A stretch of DNA of 62,429 bases, filler included, from 8 parts of 8 records of this genome joined end to end with filler, not necessarily neighbours in it, one strand, 5' to 3'. Counted from the first letter of the whole stretch, positions 42,165-51,975 are shown. The notes: a model not told the origin generated them from the letters alone. Translations and numbers: made by a program.

Positions 42165-42216
42165 AAAAAAACCACTCTCAAAATCCTTATTATTACAGGC
42201 GGAGAATGGTTTTTTT
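42165..42216 (-). terminator. Terminator-like expression platform of the TPP riboswitch
   Basis: AAAAAAACCATTCTC...GAGAGTGGTTTTTTT on the minus strand, between aptamer and thiB. Confidence 0.6.
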
Positions 42217-42227
42217 ATCTACGTCAA

Positions 42228-42257
42228 TCCCTACGCCGGCATTATCCGGATCAGGTT
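42228..42257 (-). promoter_or_regulatory. TPP riboswitch, 3' half (cut by the contig edge)
   Basis: AACCTGATCCGGATAATGCCGGCGTAGGGA matches the THI-box 3' consensus. Confidence 0.92.
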
Positions 42258-42357
42258 NNNNNNNNNNNNNNNNNNNNNNNNNNNNNNNNNNNNNNNNNNN
42301 NTTAATTAATTAANNNNNNNNNNNNNNNNNNNNNNNNNNNNNNNNNNNNNNNNNNNN
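42258..42357. other. Artificial contig linker
   Basis: N44-TTAATTAATTAA-N44. Confidence 0.99.
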
Positions 42358-42488
42358 TGCTGGGGATTTTTGCTAATGCTGATGGCGGTGGTGACGCGCA
42401 GGCTGATTCCGATGTGAAGGATGAGGTGATGGTGCTGAAAATTACGATGCAGCTGGCGGAGCGGGGGTCGATTAAGAGTTTGGGGTGA
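42358..42488 (+). CDS. C-terminal end of an unidentified, GC-richer gene
   Basis: Open frame LGIFANADGGGDAQADSDVKDEVMVLKITMQLAERGSIKSLG ending TGA 42486-42488. Confidence 0.45.
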
Positions 42489-42823
42489 ATTCCTATAAAG
42501 CCACCAATAAATTTTTGTTCAAAGCTTATTTTTGCTACAATTCCAACATCAGGAACCACCACTATACTAGTGTTCATTCCTGTGACCTTTTAGTGTAGTA
42601 ATTGATACAATTTAATAATTGGGATAATAGCAAAAACATGCATTTAAGCGCTTTAAAATGACGTTATTCTATTTAACGTGTGGTTTGAGAAGATTCCTTA
42701 TCAGCTGGATACTCCTTAAAATCCTGAACTTAAAATTTTGAAACTATAGTAAGCAGGATGTAATGAAAAGTTTGTATAGTGCACCTAATAATTATTTAAT
42801 TGAACAATCATTATCTCTAGAAC

Positions 42824-43039
42824 TCAATATTCGGATTGTACAACTACACTCCAAAATTCTAAATCTTGGATTTCAATAGCCTCTCCATGATCAGGGTGAT
42901 CTCGATGTAAGATAAAAGGTAGTTCAATTTCATTCCCGGCATAGCCCATTATCTCAATATCATATCGTCGACCATCTTCCATTTCACACTTATAAATATC
43001 ACCATCCAGCTGCTTTACTATTATTCCATTTTCTTTCAT
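42824..43039 (-). CDS. Small acidic hypothetical protein (71 aa)
   Basis: Strong RBS AGGAGG before ATG 43039. Confidence 0.65.
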   Translation of the reverse strand: MKENGIIVKQLDGDIYKCEMEDGRRYDIEIMGYAGNEIELPFILHRDHPDHGEAIEIQDLEFWSVVVQSEY

Positions 43040-43096
43040 ATCACTCCTCCTAATGTAGATTAAACTGGACTGCGGGAATATCAACAACCTTAGTCC

Positions 43097-43975
43097 CTAC
43101 CCCATCATTAACATTCTATAATTTGAATCATTTTTTACTTTTTGAATAAAATCTTTCTTCTTACTATTTACTTTTCCATTTATCCCAATGTTCGGGTGAT
43201 TGTGAAATTTTCCACTGCCAATAAGCCAAAACAGCTTATCAACAGCATATGGAGTAGTATTTACATTTTGGGCTATACGTACAATTGCTTTAAATACCTC
43301 AATGTCATTTGCATCTGAATTACATAGTTCTAATCCCTTACATATATCATGAATATGTGTATCCGGCTTTGCAAATGAAATAAACCCTAAATCCTTTAAC
43401 ATATTACACGCCAATGGAAATCCAAATCCATGAAGTTTGCTACTAATCAATAAAGGTAAAGCCTCTTGATTCCTATTATCGATATCAGTGAAAGTATTCC
43501 AATTTTCTACCCATGAATAAAAATCATTAACATTATTAAACTGCGATAGAAAATGGGAAACTGACAAAATAGTTTTACAGTATTGAGGGATTGTTCCTTT
43601 TATAGAATTTGAAATAGTTTCTGCAGGGACACGGAATATATTACTCATGTCTTCAAATAATTCCTTCCAGTTTTCTTCTATTCTATTCAAACGATTTTTG
43701 TAATACTTACTTACAACAGTTACAGGATCAAAACTATCTAATATCAATTTTAAGTTATTTATTTCACCAATTGCATTCTCAATAACATTCTTCTTATGCT
43801 GTGCTTCCTGAGAAGAAAGTAATGTGCTTTGAAAAACTTCATTAATAGTTACTTTACGTTTAGGAGATTCGAGATAGCTCTCAATAAATGACTTATCAAT
43901 TTGTGCATACCCCAATCCTAATAGATATTCCTTCCCTAAAAAATAAACTCTTTTATCTCTTTCTTTTAAATTCAA
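43097..43975 (-). CDS. Hypothetical protein with HhH-GPD DNA glycosylase-like motifs
   Basis: LHGFGFPLACNMLKDLG (HhH-like), AKPDTHI, PYAVDKLFW; RBS AAGGAG before TTG. Confidence 0.6.
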   Translation of the reverse strand: MNLKERDKRVYFLGKEYLLGLGYAQIDKSFIESYLESPKRKVTINEVFQSTLLSSQEAQHKKNVIENAIGEINNLKLILDSFDPVTVVSKYYKNRLNRIEENWKELFEDMSNIFRVPAETISNSIKGTIPQYCKTILSVSHFLSQFNNVNDFYSWVENWNTFTDIDNRNQEALPLLISSKLHGFGFPLACNMLKDLGFISFAKPDTHIHDICKGLELCNSDANDIEVFKAIVRIAQNVNTTPYAVDKLFWLIGSGKFHNHPNIGINGKVNSKKKDFIQKVKNDSNYRMLMMG

Positions 43976-44067
43976 AAAGTCTCCTTGTAGAAATAGTAAA
44001 ATATAGTGAATTTAAATTGAATCAATGATTTGATCAAATCATCATTTATAAATTACTAACTTAGTAA

Positions 44068-46779
44068 TTACATCCCTATCTTTAATAATGCAACATCTTT
44101 TCCATGATTTTTTGGTTTAATAGAATTTAGTATTTTATGTTCAACCTCTGGTGTCCAATATATTTTCAACTTTTCTCTTGCACGAGTAATAGCAGTATAA
44201 AAGATATTATGCGTAATTAATTCATCTATTTCATCTGTTATAACTAGCTTTACTGAACTATATTCTAATCCTTGTGCCTTATGAATAGATATAGCATAAG
44301 AAACTTGAAAAGGAACTACCGTCTCTAAAGAATTATCATCATCGTCATCTTCACTTTTTAATTTACTAACTGTAAATCTAATAATCGAATTATCATTTCC
44401 TGCATCATCTAGTAGCTCAAAATCTTGATCATAAGCATCAACCCCATTAATAATAATATCTAATTCAACATCAAATTGTATCCTTTCAGTGGGTTCACCA
44501 ATATCAAGAATTTTTACACCAGAAATCCTTCCTTTCATATTATTATATATTAGAGGAGAGAAACGATTGGATTCATTGAATAAAATTGGATCATTAATCT
44601 TAAACTGTTGAACGCCCCATGCTACAGGTGAATTTGAATTACATTCCTGTAAAAAACGATTTATATTGTTAATTCCATAAAGCCCATCATAATTAAGACA
44701 TAGTATAATTTCATCGTCTTCAGCCTGAGTGAAAATCGTTGCATCTAAAGAATTTGAATAGCCTTGTTTAGCAAGAAGTTCCAGAATATTCTCATCCATA
44801 TTCCGCACCCGCTCCCAAAGAGTAAGCAAATTCTGATCATTACTCCGATATGGTCTTGTCAATTCTGATACAGAAGTTTCAGGAATAAATTCTCTAGCCA
44901 CACTAAACCAATTACCAAATCGGATTGAAGCTATCTGATAGGAATCCCCAACTAAAACTAACAGTTGGTATGTAGCTTTATTCAGAATCTTTTTCATATC
45001 ACGATTATTTACAGTACTACACTCATCTATAATAAGTAAATCATATTCAGTATTAACATCAGGATTTATTAAAAACTTAGTGATTGTAGAAAAAATACTA
45101 TGTGAGGCTGTTACACGTCTTTTCAGATTATCAACAGCAGGATTAGTTTGTGCTAGATATAGTTTACTTTTACCTACAAAGAAATGGGCTAAATGATTGA
45201 TTAGTGTAGATTTTCCCGTTCCCGCAGAACCATATATTAATGCTACTTTTGAATTTGTAAACATTTGTTTTAAAATCTTTCTTTTCTCATCACAATCAAC
45301 TACATGCGAAGATTCATCAAACCACTTCTGAACAGACCTAGAATAATTCCGTATTCCTTTTTGGGCCAAATCTTCAAGCTCAGAAATAATGTAATGGGCA
45401 TCTTTTTTATATCCGTTGATAAATATATGACCATTTTCAATTACTAACTTACTACTATTACGATGCCCAGACCATAAAACATCATTATACTTCCTAATTA
45501 GTGTGTTCAAATCAGCAAAGCCATTTATATCGCTAACAGAGGTGAAGAGAAGCCCTTTAGTTTCTGTATTATTTCTAATTAAACGTGCAAGTATTTCATG
45601 TTCCCGATCAATTGGATCAATGCAATTAAACAAATCACCCAATCTGGGGTTATGACCAATTGGTGAAAAATTGAATGGTATTCTATCAAATGGGATACAT
45701 CCATTTTTCACGTAAAGCTCAGACATATTACTATTTGCATAACTATAATGTTGATTTTTAATAATCTTGTTACTCATATTATAAAGTAAATACCGAAGGA
45801 GATTACTTCCCTCTTCACTATTCTTAATTAATTCTCTACAACGCTCTAAAACATCAAAAAATACTACTGTCTTAGCTCTTCGAGTTGCTATCTGTTTTAT
45901 CCTTTGGAAATCTGTTTCAGAAAAATCAACAAGATCTATAAGGTTAAATCCTGTTGAGGTTAAAAATTTCGAGATCCCTCGTTGTTCAGAGTATCCTGTA
46001 GTAATACGTCGTCCTCTAACGAGATAAGTAAAATTTTTATATTCACAATCACGAATTGCAATTTCCCAACCTACAATAACAGATATCGGCATAGTTTTCT
46101 CTAGCATTTCAATGCTATCACTTACTAACAAAAGCTTAACAGCATAGTTATCAGGCATTTCAAAACTAGTGAAAGCAATGACTCGATTAAACTTGCTAGC
46201 ATAATCAATGGCTGGTGTAAAAGTCACCTCATAACAAATCTGATGATTTACAAAAAAAGGCTTAATCTTTTGAATATAGTATTTATCTGATTTATCCACA
46301 TTCTGGCGAGGATGGTGATTAACTACTGAAACTATCTTTTTATAGTACTCTTGAAGATTTGTGTCTGTATTCAATGGAAACTTATCTAAATTACATAGGA
46401 CATCAAGAGAAAATAAATCTTTAAGCAGTTTCTTAATTTTGAGGAGATATTCATAATATTTCAACATCAATCGCTCGGAATTATCTTCATCAATAGTATA
46501 ATGCGATGCTACTATTTGTAAAAATTCGTGAAAATGTCTTAAAGATCTTAAATTACCACGAGATTTCACATAGCTTATTGCATCACAAATATTAGAATAA
46601 CTATTTTCGATATCCCCACCCTGCGCATAAATTTTTAGCATAATATGTTCAACAAAATCTCTAAGATTCTTCAAAATATCTTGGGAAATGGCACCTCTAC
46701 CTGATACCTCAAAATGATCAATATGTCGGCATATTGCTTTATCTATCACTTGAATTTGATTATCAATTCTTAATGGCAT
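44068..46779 (-). CDS. RecD-like SF1B DNA helicase with about 500-aa uncharacterised N-terminus
   Basis: GSAGTGKST, IIDECS, LVGDSYQIASI, YRS, YAISIHKAQGLEY, FYTAITRAR. Confidence 0.88.
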   Translation of the reverse strand: MPLRIDNQIQVIDKAICRHIDHFEVSGRGAISQDILKNLRDFVEHIMLKIYAQGGDIENSYSNICDAISYVKSRGNLRSLRHFHEFLQIVASHYTIDEDNSERLMLKYYEYLLKIKKLLKDLFSLDVLCNLDKFPLNTDTNLQEYYKKIVSVVNHHPRQNVDKSDKYYIQKIKPFFVNHQICYEVTFTPAIDYASKFNRVIAFTSFEMPDNYAVKLLLVSDSIEMLEKTMPISVIVGWEIAIRDCEYKNFTYLVRGRRITTGYSEQRGISKFLTSTGFNLIDLVDFSETDFQRIKQIATRRAKTVVFFDVLERCRELIKNSEEGSNLLRYLLYNMSNKIIKNQHYSYANSNMSELYVKNGCIPFDRIPFNFSPIGHNPRLGDLFNCIDPIDREHEILARLIRNNTETKGLLFTSVSDINGFADLNTLIRKYNDVLWSGHRNSSKLVIENGHIFINGYKKDAHYIISELEDLAQKGIRNYSRSVQKWFDESSHVVDCDEKRKILKQMFTNSKVALIYGSAGTGKSTLINHLAHFFVGKSKLYLAQTNPAVDNLKRRVTASHSIFSTITKFLINPDVNTEYDLLIIDECSTVNNRDMKKILNKATYQLLVLVGDSYQIASIRFGNWFSVAREFIPETSVSELTRPYRSNDQNLLTLWERVRNMDENILELLAKQGYSNSLDATIFTQAEDDEIILCLNYDGLYGINNINRFLQECNSNSPVAWGVQQFKINDPILFNESNRFSPLIYNNMKGRISGVKILDIGEPTERIQFDVELDIIINGVDAYDQDFELLDDAGNDNSIIRFTVSKLKSEDDDDDNSLETVVPFQVSYAISIHKAQGLEYSSVKLVITDEIDELITHNIFYTAITRAREKLKIYWTPEVEHKILNSIKPKNHGKDVALLKIGM

Positions 46780-46864
46780 TCTTTAGTCCCTCTTGTAATT
46801 AAACCCTAAGTATTCTCGCATACTGAAAAACAGACTCTGTCTGCTAACTACTATTTTTAATACT

Positions 46865-49042
46865 TCATTTATTATTAAAGTCAAACCTAGCCATTTCATT
46901 TGAAATATATCTTTCTGCATCAGCAATGTGAACTACAGGAACAATATTAAACTTTCTTACATCAAGTGAATATAGATAATCATTTTCTATATGGTATGTT
47001 TCATCAACATACTTCCGTAAGACATCATTATATTCACGCAAACGTTTACGGGCTTCATTATCTTGTTCTGTATACATTCGTAGAATGAGCATTTTTATAT
47101 ATAAGGACTCTTCAGATAAATATCGTCTTATTAAATTCTTTGGAGAGTTCTGCTCAACCACTTTATGATAGTCAAAATCGGGAATGAATTCCTTAATATA
47201 TTTTAAACCTATAACAATTTGGCCTTCAGATAATTTATTTAAGCCTTCTGAATCGGTTGTGGGTTCAACACGCCCATGAATTATACTAGATAAAATATTA
47301 TATGCTTCAGATTCATCCTTTGGATTTCTGTACTGATGTTCAATAAATTTACGCAGACAACCGATTCTTGCTGAGAGGTCAATATTATTATCAATTGCTA
47401 GTTCTTTCATTAAAACAACAGATGACATTATATCATCACCTTTCAGTATAGGTGTACAATGCAACTGCCCGTCAATATTTTCAAAATAGCTTGCACAAAC
47501 TGAAGTAGGAGTCTGTCTCCCGGAAGTAGTCTGTATATAATCAATGACTGGTTCAAAATCATGGGTCAGCATTAAAACTGTTTTTTCATACAAACTATTA
47601 TCCTTATCTCCAGTTTTAAACAATCTATTAATGATGGCATACTTTTTATTACTGTCAAAAGAAGAAATTGGATCATCAAGAATAACCAGTTTTGCATTGC
47701 TTCTTATTGCATCAAACATGAATAATATTAATGCAAAAGAATGCTTTTCACCCCAGCTTAAGTGTTTGCTTGGTGATTTGATGTCGCTTGGATTACCATC
47801 CGGTAATACAAATTTAAGAGTCGCCCGTGCATTACTCTCCCCATCGATTTCAACATCAAATTCATACTTAAATCCAGCAAGTTTAAGAAAAGCATTAATA
47901 TCCTTCTTCCGATCTTTAATTTTGTCTTGGATATATTGATTATATTTTCCAATCAACCCTTTCAAAGCATCAACTTTGAGTAATAAACTATCAACTTCTG
48001 TATTTACTTTATCAATAACAGCCACTGCCAAATCGGAAGTGAAATACGAGTCACACGCTCGTAAGTCTATCTTCATTGCAATTAATTCTTCTTCCAAATT
48101 CCCAATACTATCTCTATCAATTGTTGACCCATTGAAAGAAATTATTGTCGTCAAACAATTATGCAGATAAGAAGCCTCAGCTAGAAGTTTTGTAAGTTGA
48201 GCTTCAAGAACACTTAAATCTTCCTTAACACCAAATAATGAAACCAACTCATTTACCTTATCTTTATTTAGATATGGTTGCAGCAGTTCAAGTACATTTA
48301 TTATTGCTGATGCAATCTCAATACTAGCTTTATCAAAACTTTCAACAAAAACTTTGTTAATCGACTCTGTTTTTTCATTATCACCAGTCGAGCAATAAGG
48401 GCAGCACCCTTTTCTGCCAAACTGATCATATCCCTGTAACCGCCATGAAGCCCATTTAGAAACAGAATCATCTTCAAAAAATGGTTTTAATTCACTAAGT
48501 TCCTCTGGTGGTTTAAAATAAGCTCCTTTACCTTCGAGAATTCCCTTAGCACCACCTCTTTTAGCAATTTTGCTCTTACTTGTAAATTTAATTTTACTAA
48601 TTAATACTCCAATTTGGCTTTGCAAATCTATGATTTCTTGTTTACCAGTTATGGTTGTTTTTATTTTTTGCATAGCATTATCAATTGCTTCTTTAGTATC
48701 ATCAAATTTTTTCGAACGGATTAAAACTTCAAAAGCATCTTTAATAAGAGTATCTGGCTGATATACATATTGATTAACATAATCATCATCGAATATTACA
48801 ATATTTTCACCATCTAGATCTTCTAATCCATCTATACTAGGAATAGCATCTGGATTATCAATACCAAATGGCATAAGTTCTGACAATTGCTTTTTAAGCG
48901 ACTCTAGATAAACAGCTCGTGCAATTGTTGATTTTCCTGTCCCATTGTACCCAAAAATGATATTAAGTTTACTATTCTTTACAGGTATTTCACCACTATT
49001 AATATTGTTACAGTTCTTAATTTGTATTTTTAAATCTGACAT
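46865..49042 (-). CDS. Rad50/RloC-like ABC ATPase with coiled coil, CxxC hook and extra C-terminal domain
   Basis: GYNGTGKS, CPYC between helical segments, LSWGEK signature, ILDDPISSFD, LTHD; RBS GGAGGT. Confidence 0.85.
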   Translation of the reverse strand: MSDLKIQIKNCNNINSGEIPVKNSKLNIIFGYNGTGKSTIARAVYLESLKKQLSELMPFGIDNPDAIPSIDGLEDLDGENIVIFDDDYVNQYVYQPDTLIKDAFEVLIRSKKFDDTKEAIDNAMQKIKTTITGKQEIIDLQSQIGVLISKIKFTSKSKIAKRGGAKGILEGKGAYFKPPEELSELKPFFEDDSVSKWASWRLQGYDQFGRKGCCPYCSTGDNEKTESINKVFVESFDKASIEIASAIINVLELLQPYLNKDKVNELVSLFGVKEDLSVLEAQLTKLLAEASYLHNCLTTIISFNGSTIDRDSIGNLEEELIAMKIDLRACDSYFTSDLAVAVIDKVNTEVDSLLLKVDALKGLIGKYNQYIQDKIKDRKKDINAFLKLAGFKYEFDVEIDGESNARATLKFVLPDGNPSDIKSPSKHLSWGEKHSFALILFMFDAIRSNAKLVILDDPISSFDSNKKYAIINRLFKTGDKDNSLYEKTVLMLTHDFEPVIDYIQTTSGRQTPTSVCASYFENIDGQLHCTPILKGDDIMSSVVLMKELAIDNNIDLSARIGCLRKFIEHQYRNPKDESEAYNILSSIIHGRVEPTTDSEGLNKLSEGQIVIGLKYIKEFIPDFDYHKVVEQNSPKNLIRRYLSEESLYIKMLILRMYTEQDNEARKRLREYNDVLRKYVDETYHIENDYLYSLDVRKFNIVPVVHIADAERYISNEMARFDFNNK

Positions 49043-49086
49043 TAATATACCTCCGACCTACTAACCATTTCTTCTATTAAATCCAA

Positions 49087-49473
49087 TCATGAAACTCTTA
49101 AATAATTAACCACATCAGGACTTACTACTTGATTTAGTAGTAGACCAGTATAAATAGAGAATTCTTCATCTGTAAAAATCATAAATCTTGCTCCCAACAT
49201 TTCCTCTCTCAAATTCACCAACTCGTTATTCCCAGTAGCATCAATCAACTCATCCAAGCGTTCTAATAACCTTGTCTTCTGATATTCAGATATTCCTTTT
49301 TCTTCTATATGGGTTAGATACAATAATGCTAGTAGTTCTTCTTCCGGCCTGTTATTAGCATCAAGTTTTTTCATAGCATTAAAGAGAATTCTCTCTCGTC
49401 TTGTTAAGGAGATAGTTTGCTCTAGTATTATTGAGTTATAGTTTAGGTTATTGATATGCGACAGCTCTCCCAA
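49087..49473 (-). CDS. Hypothetical helical protein (128 aa)
   Basis: Open ORF, co-oriented, ending 44 nt upstream of the ATPase; no recognised motif. Confidence 0.55.
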   Translation of the reverse strand: MGELSHINNLNYNSIILEQTISLTRRERILFNAMKKLDANNRPEEELLALLYLTHIEEKGISEYQKTRLLERLDELIDATGNNELVNLREEMLGARFMIFTDEEFSIYTGLLLNQVVSPDVVNYLRVS

Positions 49474-49575
49474 TTAAATCGAAGAACTATTTACTTTATG
49501 TACTCATCTATAATTTATACTATCACATATTATAATGGGTGTGTTGTGAAATCTACATAAAATAGGGGGAATATT

Positions 49576-49834
49576 ATGTACAACCAACCTGAATACTATG
49601 AAAGAGAAAAACTGTATAAGGAAGTCTGGGCAGAACCAGCTATAAAAGTAGCTAAGCGATATGGTGTTTCATATGTTTATATTGCTAGAATATGTCGAAA
49701 AATGAAAATTCCACTTCCAGGCAGAGGATATTGGGCAAAGGCGAAAAGTGGGCAGAAGTTGAAACAGACTCCCCTTCCTAAGTTCAAAGATTGTCCTAAA
49801 ATTAAGAGACTGAAGCATCCGTATGAAAACCTTA
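49576..49834 (+). CDS. HTH-like hypothetical protein, 3'-truncated
   Basis: EREKLYKEVWAEP..KVAKRYGVS....RICRKMKIPLPGRGYWAK pattern; RBS AGGGGG. Confidence 0.7.
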
Positions 49835-49934
49835 NNNNNNNNNNNNNNNNNNNNNNNNNNNNNNNNNNNNNNNNNNNNTTAATTAATTAANNNNNNNNNN
49901 NNNNNNNNNNNNNNNNNNNNNNNNNNNNNNNNNN
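49835..49934. other. Artificial contig linker
   Basis: N44-TTAATTAATTAA-N44. Confidence 0.99.
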
Positions 49935-51092
49935 CAAAGTCGAGCGAGTCGGAGGCAGGAGTAAATACTTTTGTTTGCCAAAGGTATTTTTCTATTCCTG
50001 GACAGTAGCTGTGTTTGCAAAGTCCCATTCGAGAGCAGTTGTGCCATCGGGATGAAATTCGGTAAAAGATGGCCAGTAAGGTCCCCAGTTAAGCAGTGTG
50101 TTGCCATTGTGTATTCTTTGTACTGCTCCTGGTGGTTGGAGTAAACGTTCGGATTATGGTGTATCTTTTTACAAGAGTTGCTGTTTTGTTCTCCTCGTCA
50201 ATCTTGTATTCAATGGCACTCGAAACTAGCTCTGAGTGCAGGTTGCCATTGTCGAAAAGTAATATGTGTCCATTGTTTAATGCACGAATGCTGTGTTGGT
50301 GAGAAAAACCAATAGTGTCGTTAATAATTTCAAATTGGTTCTTTTTCCTCCAAGTCGCCAGATGATTTCTCCGCTTCTGCGGTCAATTTTTGTAATTTCA
50401 TCCATATGGCGGCATGAAATGAGGAAGCTGGTGTCGGAGTCGACAGATATTGCATTGGCGTGAACATAGTCAATTTGTTCCTCTAAAAAATTAAGATAAC
50501 TGGACGTTTCGTTTCCGTCAAGGATGTCAAAATGCTCGGCGCTGTTCCATGAACTCAACAAATTGAAGCTCTCGTCGTATTCAGCAACGATAAGATCGAG
50601 AACTTCAGCCTGTGGATTTCCTCCTTCGATTATTTGACTCATATCAACTGTCGATTGCATTTCTCCCATAAGTAAAACGTGTCCGTTTTCTGTTATGTCC
50701 CAATCGTGTCCGTTTGGTTTGTCGGCATCAACTAAAATGCTGGTTGTTTCTTCAAGCCAGTCGTTTAAAAAATAAAGAGTTCGCGGAACACCATTAAGAT
50801 AGGCAATTCTTCCATCCGCCAGTGGGCGCATCGAACTTGTTGCCTTGTTCATTTTGCGGAAAAATACGGGTGTGCCATAGTTGTCTATTATGGCAAGGTA
50901 GTGGCAAGCTCCATCAGCGGTAAGGCCTTTCGAGCCCATGAAATAATAGCCATCTGCCGGTCCGTTCGATTGCAAAAAGTCTATTTCCGGGAAGAATTCG
51001 GTAATTGACGTTTGCGCTGAAATTGACCCGTTACAAAGGCAAATTGCAACAATGAGGAGTGCAAGCCGTGGTATTCCTTTTGTGATTATCAC
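49935..51092 (-). CDS. Aryl-sulfate sulfotransferase (ASST) family protein, 3'-truncated, several single-base indels from 50346 to the contig edge
   Basis: NGHD, DYVHANAI, LISCRH, IIWRLGG; shifted frame gives FSHQHSIR..LLFDNG, then GNTLLNWG. Confidence 0.82.
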
Positions 51093-51123
51093 GCTAACTA
51101 AATATTGGTAGAAAAGTAAAAAA

Positions 51124-51151
51124 GAACCGCCCTATTTATATAGGGCGGTTC
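51124..51151 (-). terminator. Intrinsic terminator after the susC-susD-lipoprotein unit
   Basis: GAACCGCCCTAT-TTAT-ATAGGGCGGTTC followed by a T-tract on the minus strand. Confidence 0.8.
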
Positions 51152-51158
51152 GGAGTTT

Positions 51159-51965
51159 TTATTGTTTTACTAAAATAACATCGCATGCATAATTACCCCC
51201 ATCTCCAAAATCACCACTATCCCAGTGCATTTCGAAGCTAAGTGTGATAGTAGATTCACAACCATTCCAATTGCCGCTTCCAACATACCAGTAATCATAA
51301 GGACCTGGAAGAGTCTGTCCCCAGTATTCTCCAGTTTCTAACGAAATTGTACCATCTCCTAAACCAAGAGTTAGGTCAATTGCTCCTTCAAGACCGAATC
51401 CGGCCTGGAAAGTTTCGCCCCAACCTTTGTAAACCGATTGTAACAATCCCGGATATCCATCAGCATCGGTATCTATGCGAATTGTAGCATCGTCAACTTT
51501 ACTAATGGTAACAGTAATATCCTCAGGGCCATCACCAATATCTTCTGTTCCAACCCATGTTCCAACATATTCGTCGGCTGTCCATGGGCAGAAAGCATTA
51601 ACAGTAACATCAAGTGTTGCCGGATCTGAGACTACTCCTCCCATTGTAGTTTCTGTTACTGATACTACTGCGGTTCCAGCCGTAGTGAATTCAACTGTTG
51701 CTGTTCTTGAATCTTCGCTCACAGAAACAAGACTCGCTCCTGAAACATCCCAGTTCCATGAAGAACCTCCGCGGTAATAACCGATGGAGTAGGTGGCCTG
51801 AGTTGTTTGAAAAGCTACCGCTGTTCCATCAATGCCTCCAAGTACCTCGGGAATAATTGCATCGTAATTGTATGCATCCTGAGCAGCTTCCATTGGTGGT
51901 GTTTCGCATGAATGGAACATGCCCACCACTGCTATTAGTAAGATAAAAAATATACTTTTTTTCAT
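51159..51965 (-). CDS. Surface lipoprotein with PKD/Ig-like domain (SusE/F-position gene)
   Basis: MKKSIFF...FHSC lipobox; beta-rich acidic sequence; follows susD. Confidence 0.75.
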   Translation of the reverse strand: MKKSIFFILLIAVVGMFHSCETPPMEAAQDAYNYDAIIPEVLGGIDGTAVAFQTTQATYSIGYYRGGSSWNWDVSGASLVSVSEDSRTATVEFTTAGTAVVSVTETTMGGVVSDPATLDVTVNAFCPWTADEYVGTWVGTEDIGDGPEDITVTISKVDDATIRIDTDADGYPGLLQSVYKGWGETFQAGFGLEGAIDLTLGLGDGTISLETGEYWGQTLPGPYDYWYVGSGNWNGCESTITLSFEMHWDSGDFGDGGNYACDVILVKQ

Positions 51966-51975
51966 GATAATAAAA

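Noticed and set aside
44068-49042. Calling the pair Gabija or SbcCD
   Set aside because: No TOPRIM motifs recognised in the ATPase, the helicase motifs are RecD/SF1B rather than UvrD, and there is no SbcD phosphoesterase.
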